A stretch of DNA of 64,000 nucleotides from Rhina ancylostomus. Taxonomy: Eukaryota. The stretch lies in contig JARFYF010000054.1 in assembly GCA_030265395.1 (NCBI GenBank), positions 9,844,499 to 9,908,498 of the forward strand. Direction: 5' to 3'. The notes beneath the pieces were generated by a model, which worked only from the letters and a program-made list of their open reading frames with translations, had not been told where the DNA came from and made no database searches. This document shows, in pieces, positions 52,061-64,000 of the stretch (the first letter of the stretch is position 1; every line of letters begins with the position of its first letter). The position numbers and the translations under genes were made by a program.

Positions 52061-52355
52061 GGGCAGGCACAGTAGTGTAGCAGTTACCGTAATGCTATTA
52101 CAGTGCCAGCGACCCGGGTTCAATTCTGGTCACTGTCTGTAAGGAGTTGTACATTCTCGCTGTGTCTGCGTGGGTTTCCTCTGGGTGCTCCAGTTTCCTC
52201 CCACATTCCAAAGACATATGGGTTAGGAAGTTGTGGNNNNNNNNNNNNNNNNNNNNNNNNNNNNNNNNNNNNNNNNNNNNNNNNNNNNNNNNNNNNNNAA
52301 GCAAAAGATGCATTTCACTGTGTGTTTTGATGTACATGTGACTAATAACAATATC
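52061..52355 (+). mobile_element. V-SINE (HE1-like) element
   Basis: tRNA-like head with B box gggttcaattc and V-domain gcgtgggtttcctctgggtgctccagtttcctcccacattccaaagac. Confidence 0.88.
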
Positions 52356-54765
52356 TTATAGGATTCTATGAAACAGTGATGCACTTCAATTGGCGCTGGG
52401 CCCCATCCAGCCTGCCTGCAAGCAGCAGTGAGCCACTGCACTCACTTGCCTTACCCAAGCATACCTGCAATGGTATTTCAGCACCTGAAGTTGCCTCTCT
52501 AGTTGTTGAGGCTCCATGGAGTGCAAGTCCTTCCCTGAAACGCTTTGACAGCTGATTAAGCCACGCCACCCTTTCCCTAAACCTCCCAACTGCAAAAAGA
52601 TTGCAAATGTCTCTGGTGTTCATGCAGGTGGGAATATGTTCAAAAAGTATCAAAAATGGTGGGTTTTAAATGTTGAAGAATTGAATTGGTTTATTGTCAC
52701 ACGTACCCAGATACAGTGGAAAAACTTACTTTTGCAAGCCATCCATACAATCATTTGAAAACATCACTACATTGAGGTAGTACAACTGAAAAGCAATAAC
52801 TATGGAGGANNNNNNNNNNNNNNNNNNNNNNNNNNNNNNNNNNNNNNNNNNNNNNNNNNNNNNNNNNNNNNAGGTAGATAGAGGTCAAGAGTTCATCTTT
52901 AGCATATGAGATCTGTTCAAGTGTCTTATAACAGCAGGATAGAAGCTGTCCTTGAGTCTGGTGGTGGGTGTTTTCAAGCTTTATCTTTTGCTGGAAGGGG
53001 GAGAAGAGAGAATGTATGGAATGGGAGGGGTCTTTGATTATGCTGGCTGCTTCACAATTAAATGCAAGTTGTCAGAAACTTGCCTGACTCCCTCAGAATC
53101 ATTCCTTTCCATTGAAATGAATGGAGTAGTTGAAACTATGGCAGGTTAGACCTGACCCTGGTTCAGCTGGTAGATATCTCAGTGTAACTGCTGGAATACT
53201 GCAGGAACTTGGTGCTCTGCTGCTGGATTCTTTGAGGACTTCATGATGAAGAACAGCTGGAATGACAATGGCCATGATACCTTGGGAAGTTTGAGCCCCT
53301 TGTACTCCCAGGGTAGTCCTCGGAAGTGGTTGAATTGTTAAATAGGCTCTCCTGAAGGTTGTGGCCAGCTTCTGTGAACGTCTTGAAAATTTGTGTTGGT
53401 GTCTGCAGTGATGAATACAGATTTTTCATGTTGCTGTTGCAGCTTCATTGAATAATTTTTAAGACTGTGCAATTAATGTCCCCCCCTTCACTTCATAATA
53501 CTCAAACCTAATTAATAGTTAAAAGCTTGCTCAACATTTATAGTATCGAAATGATCCATTAATCCAGTAGGCTCCATGTTATTTTTCTAATTTTCCATGT
53601 AAATAAATCTTATTTTCCCTTTCTCTCACGTTTATTGGTTTAGCCTGAAATGCAGCCACACCACTTCCCTTAGTCATTCCATCTGATAAATTCCACATTT
53701 TTACTACTCTTGATATAGAATTATTTATTGAACAATTGGTTTTATTCATAATTACTTTACATTTATGACTTCCTGGTGGTGTTCTACTTTTATTTCCATA
53801 GAAGCTTGCTCACTTCTGTCAGTGAATTATTAGATGTGTTATCACAGTATTCATGTCAGGTTTAATGCAAGTCCTCTCACTGTCCTTGTTTTCAGATATG
53901 CCCAATTGCCTTGCCTCATCTTCTGTCTTCTTTACCCCATCTGCAATAGGTTTTTTTTAAAAAAATCTATCTTCTGATTTAGATATCACAGGATTTACTC
54001 TCATGGGTTTGGGCACATGAGGCAAGGAGAATATTCTCCTCGCCATTCTCGCTCTTTCCATGTTAACCACTATTTTCTTTTTCCTTTAACAAATCCTGAA
54101 AGAAATTCTTGGGTGATGTAAACATGCACCTAAACACTGGCATGTCTCCAATTTTTTTCAACCTCATCTCCAACTTTCATTTCTGGCTACACTTTTTACA
54201 GCTCAGATGTGAAAATCAGCTGCCATATTGAGTTCCCCACTCTGTAATTTAAAAATATTAAACTGAAATTAAATGATATTTGGTAAGCTTCCTAAATATC
54301 CATTGAGGGGAAAAAAGTAAGGTAAAAGATAAATCTTGCACTTAAAAAGTGCCATGTGTTTTAACTAATAAAACCACTAATTATTTTTGGATGTTTATAA
54401 TGCTTTTGCAATTTCTTTAGACTGATTATGTACTCAGCAATTGTTTTGAAGATGTCAATATATAGGAATGTGAAGATCTATATCTCAACTAGTATGATTG
54501 GTTTCCACAGCTAACTGAAACTACCATTCAGTCTGCCTCTCAAAGAAAATATTTGGAGCACAATAACATGTACAATTGTTTATACATTCAAAATAATTAC
54601 AGCATTAGGGTGAAGTTCTAAAAGTTATCCAAACTTACAATGGCTAGTAAAGAATTATCCTCAATTTGAAAACATCTTATGTGTTAATGCAATTTGGCTG
54701 GTAAGCATTTTGATAATTGTGATGTGTTGTCTATATCCTGACTTTCTTTCTAACTTAATTTACAG

Positions 54766-54965
54766 GTGAAATGAATATTGGTTGTTGAATGTCACCAAGC
54801 CTCTCTTTGATTCTTGGATTTGGCTACTGCAAAGGTGTTTTGGATTGGCGTAGGGCCACTGTGTGGCAGTACTCATAACAAATTAGGAGTTTGCAAGGAA
54901 TTTGGATCTCCTGTGGAGGAGGCAGCAGCTGCTGTACAAATCAGACTTGATTTCACACGATCAAA
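54766..54965 (+). other. PAFAH1B1: PAFAH1B1 exon 2, 5'UTR portion
   Basis: Acceptor ctttctttctaacttaatttacag|GTGAAATGAAT with a branch-like ctaac upstream. Exon length 232 nt. The exon start resembles the mammalian exon 2 start as I recall it. Confidence 0.85.
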
Positions 54966-54997
54966 ATGGTGTTGTCACAGAGACAAAGAGATGAACT
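54966..54997 (+). CDS. PAFAH1B1: PAFAH1B1 / LIS1 first coding segment (3' part of exon 2), 32 nt, partial gene
   Basis: ATG GTG TTG TCA CAG AGA CAA AGA GAT GAA CT|gtaagt = MVLSQRQRDEL, the invariant LIS1 N-terminus, with a consensus donor. Divergent position relative to METTL16 matches known vertebrate synteny. Confidence 0.96.
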
Positions 54998-56539
54998 GTA
55001 AGTACTCCAGGAAGAGAACCTTATTGCATTACAGTATGAGATTGAACTTGTGCCTTCTAGTCTGACACCTATTTAATGTATATTTATTTTTAAAATTGAA
55101 ATTGCAATTTTCTGTCTCTATCATCAGTTATCTTAAATCTAAAAGACATGAAGCATGATCAGTGAATTCTAAAATATGGGTCTTTGCTCCTTATCTGTAC
55201 GTTGATGAGGCAATTAAAATTAACATTGAATTTAAAAGGTATGATTTTATCTGCAGTAAACTGCTGCTTTTCAAATATGAAATAGTTTAATGCCACTGCA
55301 GTCAATGTAGGTTTGTTTAATTTGAAATTTATTTATAAATCCTATTGTTTTAATGTTGCTTAAAAAAATAAATGTTCAAAAAAATAAGTAAGTCAATTTT
55401 TAATCAATATAATAGATTATGTATCTCCTTGGCACTGCATTGGGGAGAGTTTCAAGTTCATTCTGCAGAAAATTGAAGGGTTTAGACAGGTGAGGAAGCA
55501 AAATGAAGTAATAATCTGTATGACTAAATATTTATGATATAATCCAGTGTATTGTAGAATATTCACATTTCTAGGCCTGCTGATTCCACAATTGGAAAAA
55601 GACAATGTGATCATCAGTTTGTATGGGCCTTTGTATTTAATTTTGTAAACTTGTAACTCTTAAAGGATACATGTCAATATTTCAAGCTAAGTTTTTGTTG
55701 GATCACTGAAATAGACCAGTTGTATAATTTTGTCTTTTGTCTGGTAATGCTGAAGGATGTGAGATGGCACTGCAGCTTTGCAGAGTACACTTAGATTGCA
55801 GCAATGCAGAGATGTGATTCATACTCCACTCCTTAGACTTCATTGCACAGTAGTTTGCATTCATCTATTTATTTTGGTGCCAACTAGAAAGTGCAGTTTG
55901 TATTAGTTTGTTACACGAATATCTTAAGTTTCTCTTTAAAAGTGACCTGTGTAATGAAATATCAGTTTGTAGATATTGGAACAGTAATCACCTTGATATT
56001 AATCTGTTGAGAAGGTACTTTCATGCACACCTGCATACTGTTTGTTGTTAGATTAAATTCATCTACAAGCAGGCAACCCTGGTTTAATAGTGCCACCTGT
56101 GAAGCCCTGAAAATTTCTTCACATTGACTGCAGAGATTTACAAAGGTGGCTCACTAGTATTTTCTCAGGCATTAAATGCCCGTCTTTGCAATGTCGACAT
56201 ACTCTGGATGAATAGAAAATGTGTGGGATGTCTTGAGAGTAAATTATCTTCCTTTGTGGAAGATTGATGTCTTTGGTCAGAGAGAACCTAGCAAAGAAAT
56301 CATATCTTATGTAAATGCCCTTCAAACAAAACTTCAATTCACGATATGGAGATCAAAATAACAATAGGAGTGCTGTTGTTTATCTTTCAAATTAATGATC
56401 ATGTTTAACAAACATTTACAAACTGTTTTAGAATTAATGCGTTTTTAATTTGGCATTAGAATCTAAACTGCGATAAGGTGCTAATGTGAAGTATTTACCT
56501 AAATCTTTATTGTGCTGAATTTGCTGAATACAATTACTG

Positions 56540-57810
56540 GAAATTTAAAATAAAAGATCATACTGGTAATACCTAGCAAGTCAGGCAGCATCTGTAAAGT
56601 GAGAAAACAAGGTTAATGTTGCAAATTGCAGACTTTTCATTGTAAAAGAAAGCCCAGAAACCACAATGATGGTTGCCTGAAATTGTTGAAATCAGTGTTA
56701 TGTCTTGAGAGTGGTAACATGTCTATTGGGAAGGTGAGATGATGTCAGAAGTAGGGATGATCACTGATTCAGTACCATTTGTGACTCTTCAGATAATAAA
56801 CCAGTCCACATCCAAATGTGACAAGACCTGGCAGGCAATGATGATATCCAACAAGAGAAAATCATTTATCATCCCCCCTGACATTCAATGGCATTACCGT
56901 CACTGGGGGTTACCATTGACCATAAAGAGAATTGGGGTAGCCATGTACACAATTCAGTTACAAGAACCAGTCTGAGGTTAAGAATTTTGCAGCAAGTAAC
57001 TCGCCTCCTAACTCCCCAAGAGCCTGTCCACCATCTACAAGGCTCATGTCAGGAGTGTGATGGAATACTATTAACTTGCCTGAATGAGTGCAGCTTGAAC
57101 AACACTCAAGAAGTACAAAACTGTGCAGGACAAAGCAGACCATTTGATAGGCATCCCATCCACGATCATTCACTCTCTCCAGCAGTGATGCATATTAGTT
57201 GTAGTTTGTGCCATCCACAAGAATGCACTGTAGCAACTCTCCAAGACTTTCAAACAGCAGCTTTCCAACCCACAACCTTTACCAGCTAGAAGGACAAGGG
57301 CAGTAAAAGCATGGGAATACTGCCACTTGGAACTTGCCCTCCAAACCACCCGTTATCCTGATATGGAAATATGTTGCTGTTCTTTTACCAGCAATGAGTC
57401 GAAATCCTGAAACTCGCTCCTTAACTGCATTGTGGGTATACCCACCCAACAAATATACCCACTGAAGAAGGCAGCTCACCACCATCTTCTCAAGGGCAAT
57501 TACAAATGGACAATTAAATGCTGGCTCAGCCTGTGAAGCCCACATTCCTTGAATGAATAATTTTTTAAAAATTCTTCAAATTTGCATTGAGCTTCATTGG
57601 AAAAATTTAGGAGTCCAAAGATAGAGGTCAGAGGGGAATGAAGAATTAAAGGAGCAGGGAACTGGAGGACTTGTGGACTGATTGGAGATCTTTTGCAAAG
57701 AGATTACCTAATCTGCATTTGGCTTCTCTGATGTAAAGACAAGTTTGTAAGTATCAAATGCAGTATACTGAATTGGACAAAAAAATTAGTGAATCGCTGG
57801 TTCACCTCAC
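56540..57810 (-). mobile_element. Penelope-like remnant split by the 56745-57570 LINE
   Basis: Terminal motif agcaagtcaggcagcatctg at about 56575 and reverse GIY-YIG text (aatctgcatttgg...atgtaaag...aatgcagtatact) at 57580-57810. Confidence 0.65.
56745..57570 (+). mobile_element. L2/CR1-group LINE 3' end
   Basis: LGVTIDHK and IYKAHVRSVMEY peptides. Tail gcagctcaccaccatcttctcaagggcaatt...cccacattccttgaatgaataa. Confidence 0.85.
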
Positions 57811-60305
57811 AAGAATGGTGGGAAGGGAAGAGGTAAAAGGGCAATTGTTTTAAATATTTTATAAAGCTGTTTTGGCAAATTTGGTGAATATTGTGGTACC
57901 AGAAGCATAAGCTTGAGGTATTAGCACAAACGAGCTTGATGAGTGACTGCATAACATTGATGCAAACTCCAGCAACTGTTCCTGCCACTATTAGAGATCC
58001 TTATGCAAGAAGTTCAGAAGCTATTATTCTCAATCCATAATTAGTTCAGTTACCTTCTGCCTTCTATTACAGCTCCAGCTATTTATTCATTCCATTTATC
58101 TTCTACCTCACTTATGGTACTAGCTTCCATGAGATTTCCACCCATTCCCTTTTCTGGTCTCAGTTCGTCTCAGAATGTTATCACTATGCAGAATATGTTG
58201 ACCTTTCTTAAAAACTGTTGTCTCTACCTTTCATTTCTGGCCTTTTATTTACTCTTCACTCTTTAATTTTCCCGCAGCTGACTCCAAGTCTGAATAACTA
58301 AAATGTCAAAGCCTGTATTAGCTTTGTTNNNNNNNNNNNNNNNNNNNNNNNNNNNNNNACCTTTTCTCCTAGCTTCAAGATATAAGAGCTTTTCAAGTGC
58401 AGATATGTATAATCATTGTTGGTTTGAAAGTTCAAAAAATTGCAAAAGTGAGTTGCAAATTGGCTGCCAATAAATTTGAGTTCCTGAGCACCAGAATGAA
58501 GAAATTTTGTAAAAACAGTATAGCTAATTATTAGCATTGCATATCTCTAGATGTGAAAATTGCCATTTGGAGGCTTTGCAATCAACTTTTTCCAAAATCT
58601 GGTACTTTGCTAATTTCTCAATGTACAAAGTTGTGCTTACATCTTCACAAGTAACAACATTGAGGAACTGCGGCAATAAAAACTTGTTTATAATGAGATA
58701 CCCATTTAACTTAAAACACAATTTGAAGTTTTAATGTAATATGATTAACCTTTTGGTTGATATATTGTTGTGCTTGGTATTTGGGAGTNNNNNNNNNNNN
58801 NNNNNNNNNNNNNNNNNNTTGCAAAATTTATAGTGTGCAACGTCACATTTATATTATTTTGTTTAGCATTTTAAGCTAAAGTTGGTTTTAAAAAAAGTCA
58901 ATCAGAAAGTTAAAATCTTCACTCAAGTGTATTGCATCCGTGTAGTTTATTGAATGCATTAGACAGCCTATAATTCAGTGTGAGATGTTTTCTGTTGTTT
59001 TGTATGCAAGGGAATGGTTTAATTGCAACGAGCATATTTTAAAATAAACTACTTCAACTGTTGTCATAAGTTGAGAATAAAGATAAGGAGACATTGATTC
59101 TTTTGCTAGAATTTGTATTTCACCTGATAAAATTGAGACATTTTCTCTTAATAATCATTTTCCCTCTTAGCATTGATATTCGATGTCAAGTTTCCAATAT
59201 CTAGAAACCTTGCCTAAAAGCCATTATTTTTATCTGAATCCACCTTTTTCAAGAGTTTTCAACTGAGGAGCCATCACAGCGCAATACACTACTTGCCTTA
59301 TTGATTTTCATAAATGCAGTTCTACAGCTTAAGTGGATGGAGTGTTGATTGATGGTTAGTAGACAGGAATGGTCACTTGATGAGAAACAAGAGCAGGAAG
59401 TCCTTTTCATATTTCCCATCTGAAGAGAGNNNNNNNNNNNNNNNNNNNNNNNNNNNNNNNNNNNNNNNNNNNNNNNNNNNNNNNNNNNNNNNNNNNNNNN
59501 NNNNNNNNNNNNNNNNNNNNNNNNNNNNNGGGCCTGCCAATTGTAGTCACCAGGCATGACTTAGTTTGCTATATTTATTCCATGATTCACCAATTTCAAC
59601 TGGCTTAAGTCTAAGTAACGGTTGCCAAATAATTCTTAATTTTGTTGATTTGTTTAAGAATTTAAAGCATTTTTTTTAAAAAAGACTTGTATGTTAACAA
59701 GCAGCAATTGTCCTGCATTGTTGAGCTCTGCTTTTCTCAGCAGTACCAATCTGACCCACCGACTTTCAGCCTTGAGTTTCAGTCCCATGAATATGCAGCC
59801 AAATAAGAAACTTAAGTCTTGCTGATTGTGCTGGTGCATTTGTGACAATAATCTGTTGCTGAACTCCACTGTTAGTACCAACTTGCTGAGATTCCTTGGC
59901 ATTATGCTGGGAGCACCCTTTTACTTGTATCAGGATTCCTGCCTGGAGATTAGAGGGAAAGGATGTTTTTGATTTTTTTTGTTTTAATCTTTTCAAATAT
60001 TTCCTGATGTTTTAATGAGTTTTTAACATCTATTACAGTATAGTAGTTTTTGAATGTCTTTGAAAATTGTTGCCCTGGCCTTCAGCATTGGGTGTCATGG
60101 GTTTGGGAGGTATTGTCACAATAATCTGGATGAGTAATATTGTAAGTGGTATACATTGCAACGTTTTGTTTTCCTATGGTGATGGGAATGAATATTCCGC
60201 GTGGTAGATGTGATACCAGTTAAGCAGGCTGCTGTGTGTTGTCCTGGATGCTGTGGAGCTTTTTGAGGCATGTTGGGATTGTATTTGTCCAAGCAAGTAG
60301 AAAGT

Positions 60306-61025
60306 ATACAAGAACACAAGAAAATAGAAGCATGTGTAGGCCACACAGCCCTCAAGCCTAGCCTGCCATTCAACATGATCATGGCTGATCTTCCCCAGAC
60401 CACCTGAGTGCTGGATCCCCATGGCCCACAATCCCCAAATCTTTCAAGAATTTATCTACTTCCACTTTAAATGAACTTGCCTCCACAAATCTCTGGATGG
60501 AGAATTAGAGATTCACTGAGTGAAGAAACTGTGTACATTACTGTTAATTGACTGGCCTCTAATCTTTTAACCGTGTCCTCTCACTTGAGATTCTACACTA
60601 GTGAAAATATCTCAATAGCTTCCCTGTCATGTTCCCTTAGGATCTTGTATGTTTTAATAAGATCACATACTTCTAAACTAAAAATACAGATCCAGCTAGT
60701 TTAGCCTCTCTTGATGGGACAGTCCTCCCATCCCAGGAATGAGTCTGATTTCTCTTGGACTGCCTCTAATGCTGCTATATCCTCTTTCAGCCAAAACTGC
60801 CCAGTACTGTAAGTGTCCTTACCCTGTGCAATTGTAACAAAACTTATCTATTTCTAAGCTCCAACCCTTTTGCAATGAAGGTTCATATGCCATTTCCCTT
60901 TTAACTACTTGCTGTCCCTTCCTGATAACCTTTTTGATTCATGCACAAAACTCCTAGATCCCTCTGTACATCACTCATTTTCAGCCTTTCTATTTAAATA
61001 TTAATCTGCCTTTTTATTCCTCTTA
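60306..61025 (-). mobile_element. CR1 3' portion inserted in an L2/CR1-group LINE (about 60110-60300 and 61030-61810)
   Basis: acaagaacacaagaaaatag...gccattcaacatgatcatggctgatc tail followed by reverse RT text. Confidence 0.82.
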
Positions 61026-61924
61026 TTTGCTGTCGAGTATGCTCCAGCCTCAGCTTTTAGAATTCATGTTGGGCTATACCTGTGATGAGGATCCAGCTGT
61101 TCTTGGAATCACATTTTCTTGTTAACTGATTAATTGTCTTCAGTTATTTACAACAAGATGTTACAGGACTGTGGATCTTTCACCTGATCTGTTGGTTTTG
61201 TATGCCTGTCTATTGTATGTTTCCAAGTTTAACATGCATGTAATCCTGTGTAGCTCTTCCATGTTGGCAACTTTTAGGCATTCTCTCTGCATTTCTCATC
61301 GAACAGGATTTATCCCCTTCAGTGATGGTAATGATAACGATGCCAGGCCACAAGATTAGATTGTGGTAGTGAACATTTCTGCTACTGCTTCATGTCAGTG
61401 TTGCCATTTGGATGGCTTGTTTTGAAGTCCACTACCCAGAATATCTCCTGGTAGTTTCGGTGATTCTTCCAACTTTTTGTTCAGTATGGATAAGCACTGA
61501 TGCATTTGTAAAGGGAGGATGGTAGTTGATGATTCTTTGCCCATGCTTGACGAAATCATGAAGCCTCCTGAGGTCCAGAATTGATATTGAGTGCTGTCAG
61601 AGCTTCTCCCTCTCACCCTATACCATTGTGCAGCCATCTCTGGTGGGTTTGTCTTGATGATGGGACAGGATATAGAGAGGGTTTGTGATGGAGGAGTCTT
61701 GTAAAGTATGATTTTTATGAGTCTGACCACGTCAGATTGTTTCTTAACTTGTCTGTAGGACAGCATTCCTAATTTAGACAGTGTTCAGCAAATGTTTGTA
61801 TAGGATTTTGCAAAGTCCTCCTTGCAAGCATCTATAACTAATTAGAGCGAAAAAGTGTCTTGCAGTTACTGCTCACAATAAGCCCCTTTACACAAAAAAA
61901 ACCAATGCACATTGGATAACTACA

Positions 61925-62395
61925 GATTGCCTGTCATGTTAATTCTCCCTTCCACTCCCAATTTGACCTATCTCTTTGACCTCCTACGTTACTACATTGA
62001 TGCCTGCTACTGTTCAAGGAGCAGTACTTTATCTTCAGTCTTGGTGTAATGCAGTCCTCGGGACCCAATAATGAATTTAACAGTTTGAATTAACCACATT
62101 TTTTTAAAATTTCCACATGCTTGGCTATATCTTTCTCTGTTTCAATTTGTTTCTTTTTCTCTTCTGTCACTGACAGCTTGTTTTTAAAATAACTGTTACC
62201 TTGACAGCTTTGATCTTTCCCCCATCACTGACACTCCCTCTGTTCTCTCCACACATCCACAATATAAAATGCACTTGTTTTCTCACTTTTCCATTTCTGC
62301 TGAAGGGTCTTTGCAAAATGTGGACTATTTCTCTCCCCAATGATGCTGCTTGACCTGCTGAGTGCTTCCAGCATCTTCTGTTTTTGTTCTGTAGC
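61925..62395 (+). mobile_element. Penelope-like element 3' region and terminal repeat
   Basis: IACHVNSPFHS and KEQYFIFSLGVMQSSGPNNEF remnants of the GIY-YIG C-terminus, then ctgctgaagggtct...gatgctgcttgacctgctgagtgcttccagc. Confidence 0.75.
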
Positions 62396-62864
62396 TATAA
62401 TCATTGGATTTGTAAATGTCATTTGTTCATAATAAAATTAATCCAAAGATGTACAGTTCAATTCTGATGGATGACTTAAAGCTTTTAAAGGTGAATGGTT
62501 TTGCCAACGATGTCAAAGGTTGCTGGCAGGTGGGAAGCATAAGGGATGTATAACTTTTCTCATACTTATGTAAGATGTTGTACAGTACTTTGATTAGCCA
62601 TTCTGATGCTGCTTAAGGGGGCTTTTATGTGATTGACAGCTTTATCAAAGGGAGGAGAAGTCTTGAAAGAGACAGAAGTGGTGAGCCAGTGTTCAGGAAC
62701 TGTGTTTTGCTAATGCTGAAGTAAAAGAATTTCACAAGTGGTTTTGCAGCTCAAGTTCTGCCTGCTTGGATAATTGGATAATTTCTAGTTACTTCAGACA
62801 AACCTTTGTATTGAACAAAATGCTAATTCTAGCAGACAGGTTAATAACAACAGAGGAAATAAAT

Positions 62865-63065
62865 CATAAATAGAAGCAGTAATAGTTGTTGGTCCCTCAT
62901 GTTTGCAATGCTATTGAATGGATAATCTTTTATCTTCATAGCCACTTTCCTGCACTAAGCCAATATATCTTGATTTCTTTGATATCTAAAAATCTATTGA
63001 TCTGTCATGTACGTGCTTAATGACTAAGCATCCACAGCACTTCCAAGTTCCAAAATTCCAAAGAT
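62865..63065 (-). mobile_element. Decayed CR1 3' tail
   Basis: cataaatagaagcag...ccactttcctgcact...aaatctatt. Similar short tails at about 20745-20885 (-), 39575-39725 (+) and 41700-41865 (+). Confidence 0.6.
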
Positions 63066-64000
63066 TATGTTGCATATTATGTTTTTTGTAACTTTGGGTG
63101 GTATTGATTTCAAACTATATCTGAATCCATGTAATTATGTCCAGCTGATTAAAAGGTTGTAAAGAATGGAAAGAATTAGGCAATATTCTATTATTATTTT
63201 TTTAAACAAGAAACGGTGATTAATTATTCTACTACATGCTTGTCCTCACTAATTCTCCACTGGGGGAAAAACATCTCATTTAACAAGTTGAGTAGACTGT
63301 TAAGTATGGGAATTAGTAATTGTTTAATTTTCAAATCTGCTTTAAACAATTATATATATCAAGTTTCTTGCTAATAAAGTGGTAGGGAAACATGGGAAAC
63401 AGTTGTATGTTCTGGATGCAAACAAGGAAATCAGAAGATTGTATATCTAGCCTTTTTAAGTGGATCCAGAATGGAAATGTGAAATTGTATCTGCTTTGAA
63501 ACATTCAAAAATTTATTAATCTCAATCAAAATATTGTTCATTTATAAAGTCAAGTATCCCCCTGTTGAAATAAAATAATGGATGCAGTTTTATAGTCATT
63601 ACATAGTAGATGTTGTTTATGGTTCTGTGACATTGCAATGAACCACTGTTTATTAAACTCATCTCACTCCTGGCTGTGCATCACTCCAATGTTATCCATA
63701 ATCCAGTTTGGACATAATTTGAGCAAATTTCTATGTAAATTTTTATTGTTGTGCAGCCGTTTAACCTGAGTTAACATGAATTTCTGTATGTAGTATCCTA
63801 TGAAATAATTTGTAGAAATGTATTCCCTTTTTGACATTTTGGGACATTTTTAAGTAGTAAGAACGTGTCATGCTTAAAGAGCTTGCAGGAATCTAAAAGA
63901 TGGCACGGCCTAGTGAGTGGGAGGGGGATAGAGTTGATGGCAGGAAAATGGAATTTGTAGCTAGAATCAAAGACAATGGCTTTCATCTGAATTTAATTGG

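Noticed and set aside
52061-52135. tRNA-like sequence with A and B boxes
   Set aside because: It is the head of a V-SINE and continues into the V-domain. Not a tRNA gene.
1-64000. CRISPR arrays, operons, rRNA or other prokaryotic systems
   Set aside because: The sequence is vertebrate intron/intergenic DNA. No regularly spaced repeat-spacer array or gene-dense region is present.

Overview
Vertebrate genomic DNA, almost certainly from a cartilaginous fish. The repeat content (HER1/CR1 LINEs, V-SINE/HE1-like, DeuSINE-like and Penelope fragments) is typical of sharks and rays. The assembly has many N gaps, and all long ORFs in the track that span gaps are artefacts. The window holds the divergent 5' ends of two conserved genes. 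METTL16 (minus strand) has its first coding exon at 24250-24378 and a probable non-coding first exon and promoter near 28.9-29.2 kb. PAFAH1B1/LIS1 (plus strand) has a CpG-rich promoter around the gap at 36.0-36.6 kb and exon 2 at 54766-54997, encoding MVLSQRQRDEL. I did not find the next coding exon of either gene in the window. The rest is intron or intergenic DNA packed with decayed, often nested retroelements (CR1, L2-like, RTE, Tx1, Penelope, SINEs). I see no convincing novel biological system. The most notable observations are tandem uORFs in PAFAH1B1 exon 2, candidate alternative 5'UTR exons that would rewrite the METTL16 Kozak context, an 86-bp locally templated insertion with a 13-bp target duplication, decayed Penelope hammerhead ribozyme motifs, and a speculative poison exon in METTL16. 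All identifications are by eye and from recalled family sequences. Repeat boundaries are approximate.
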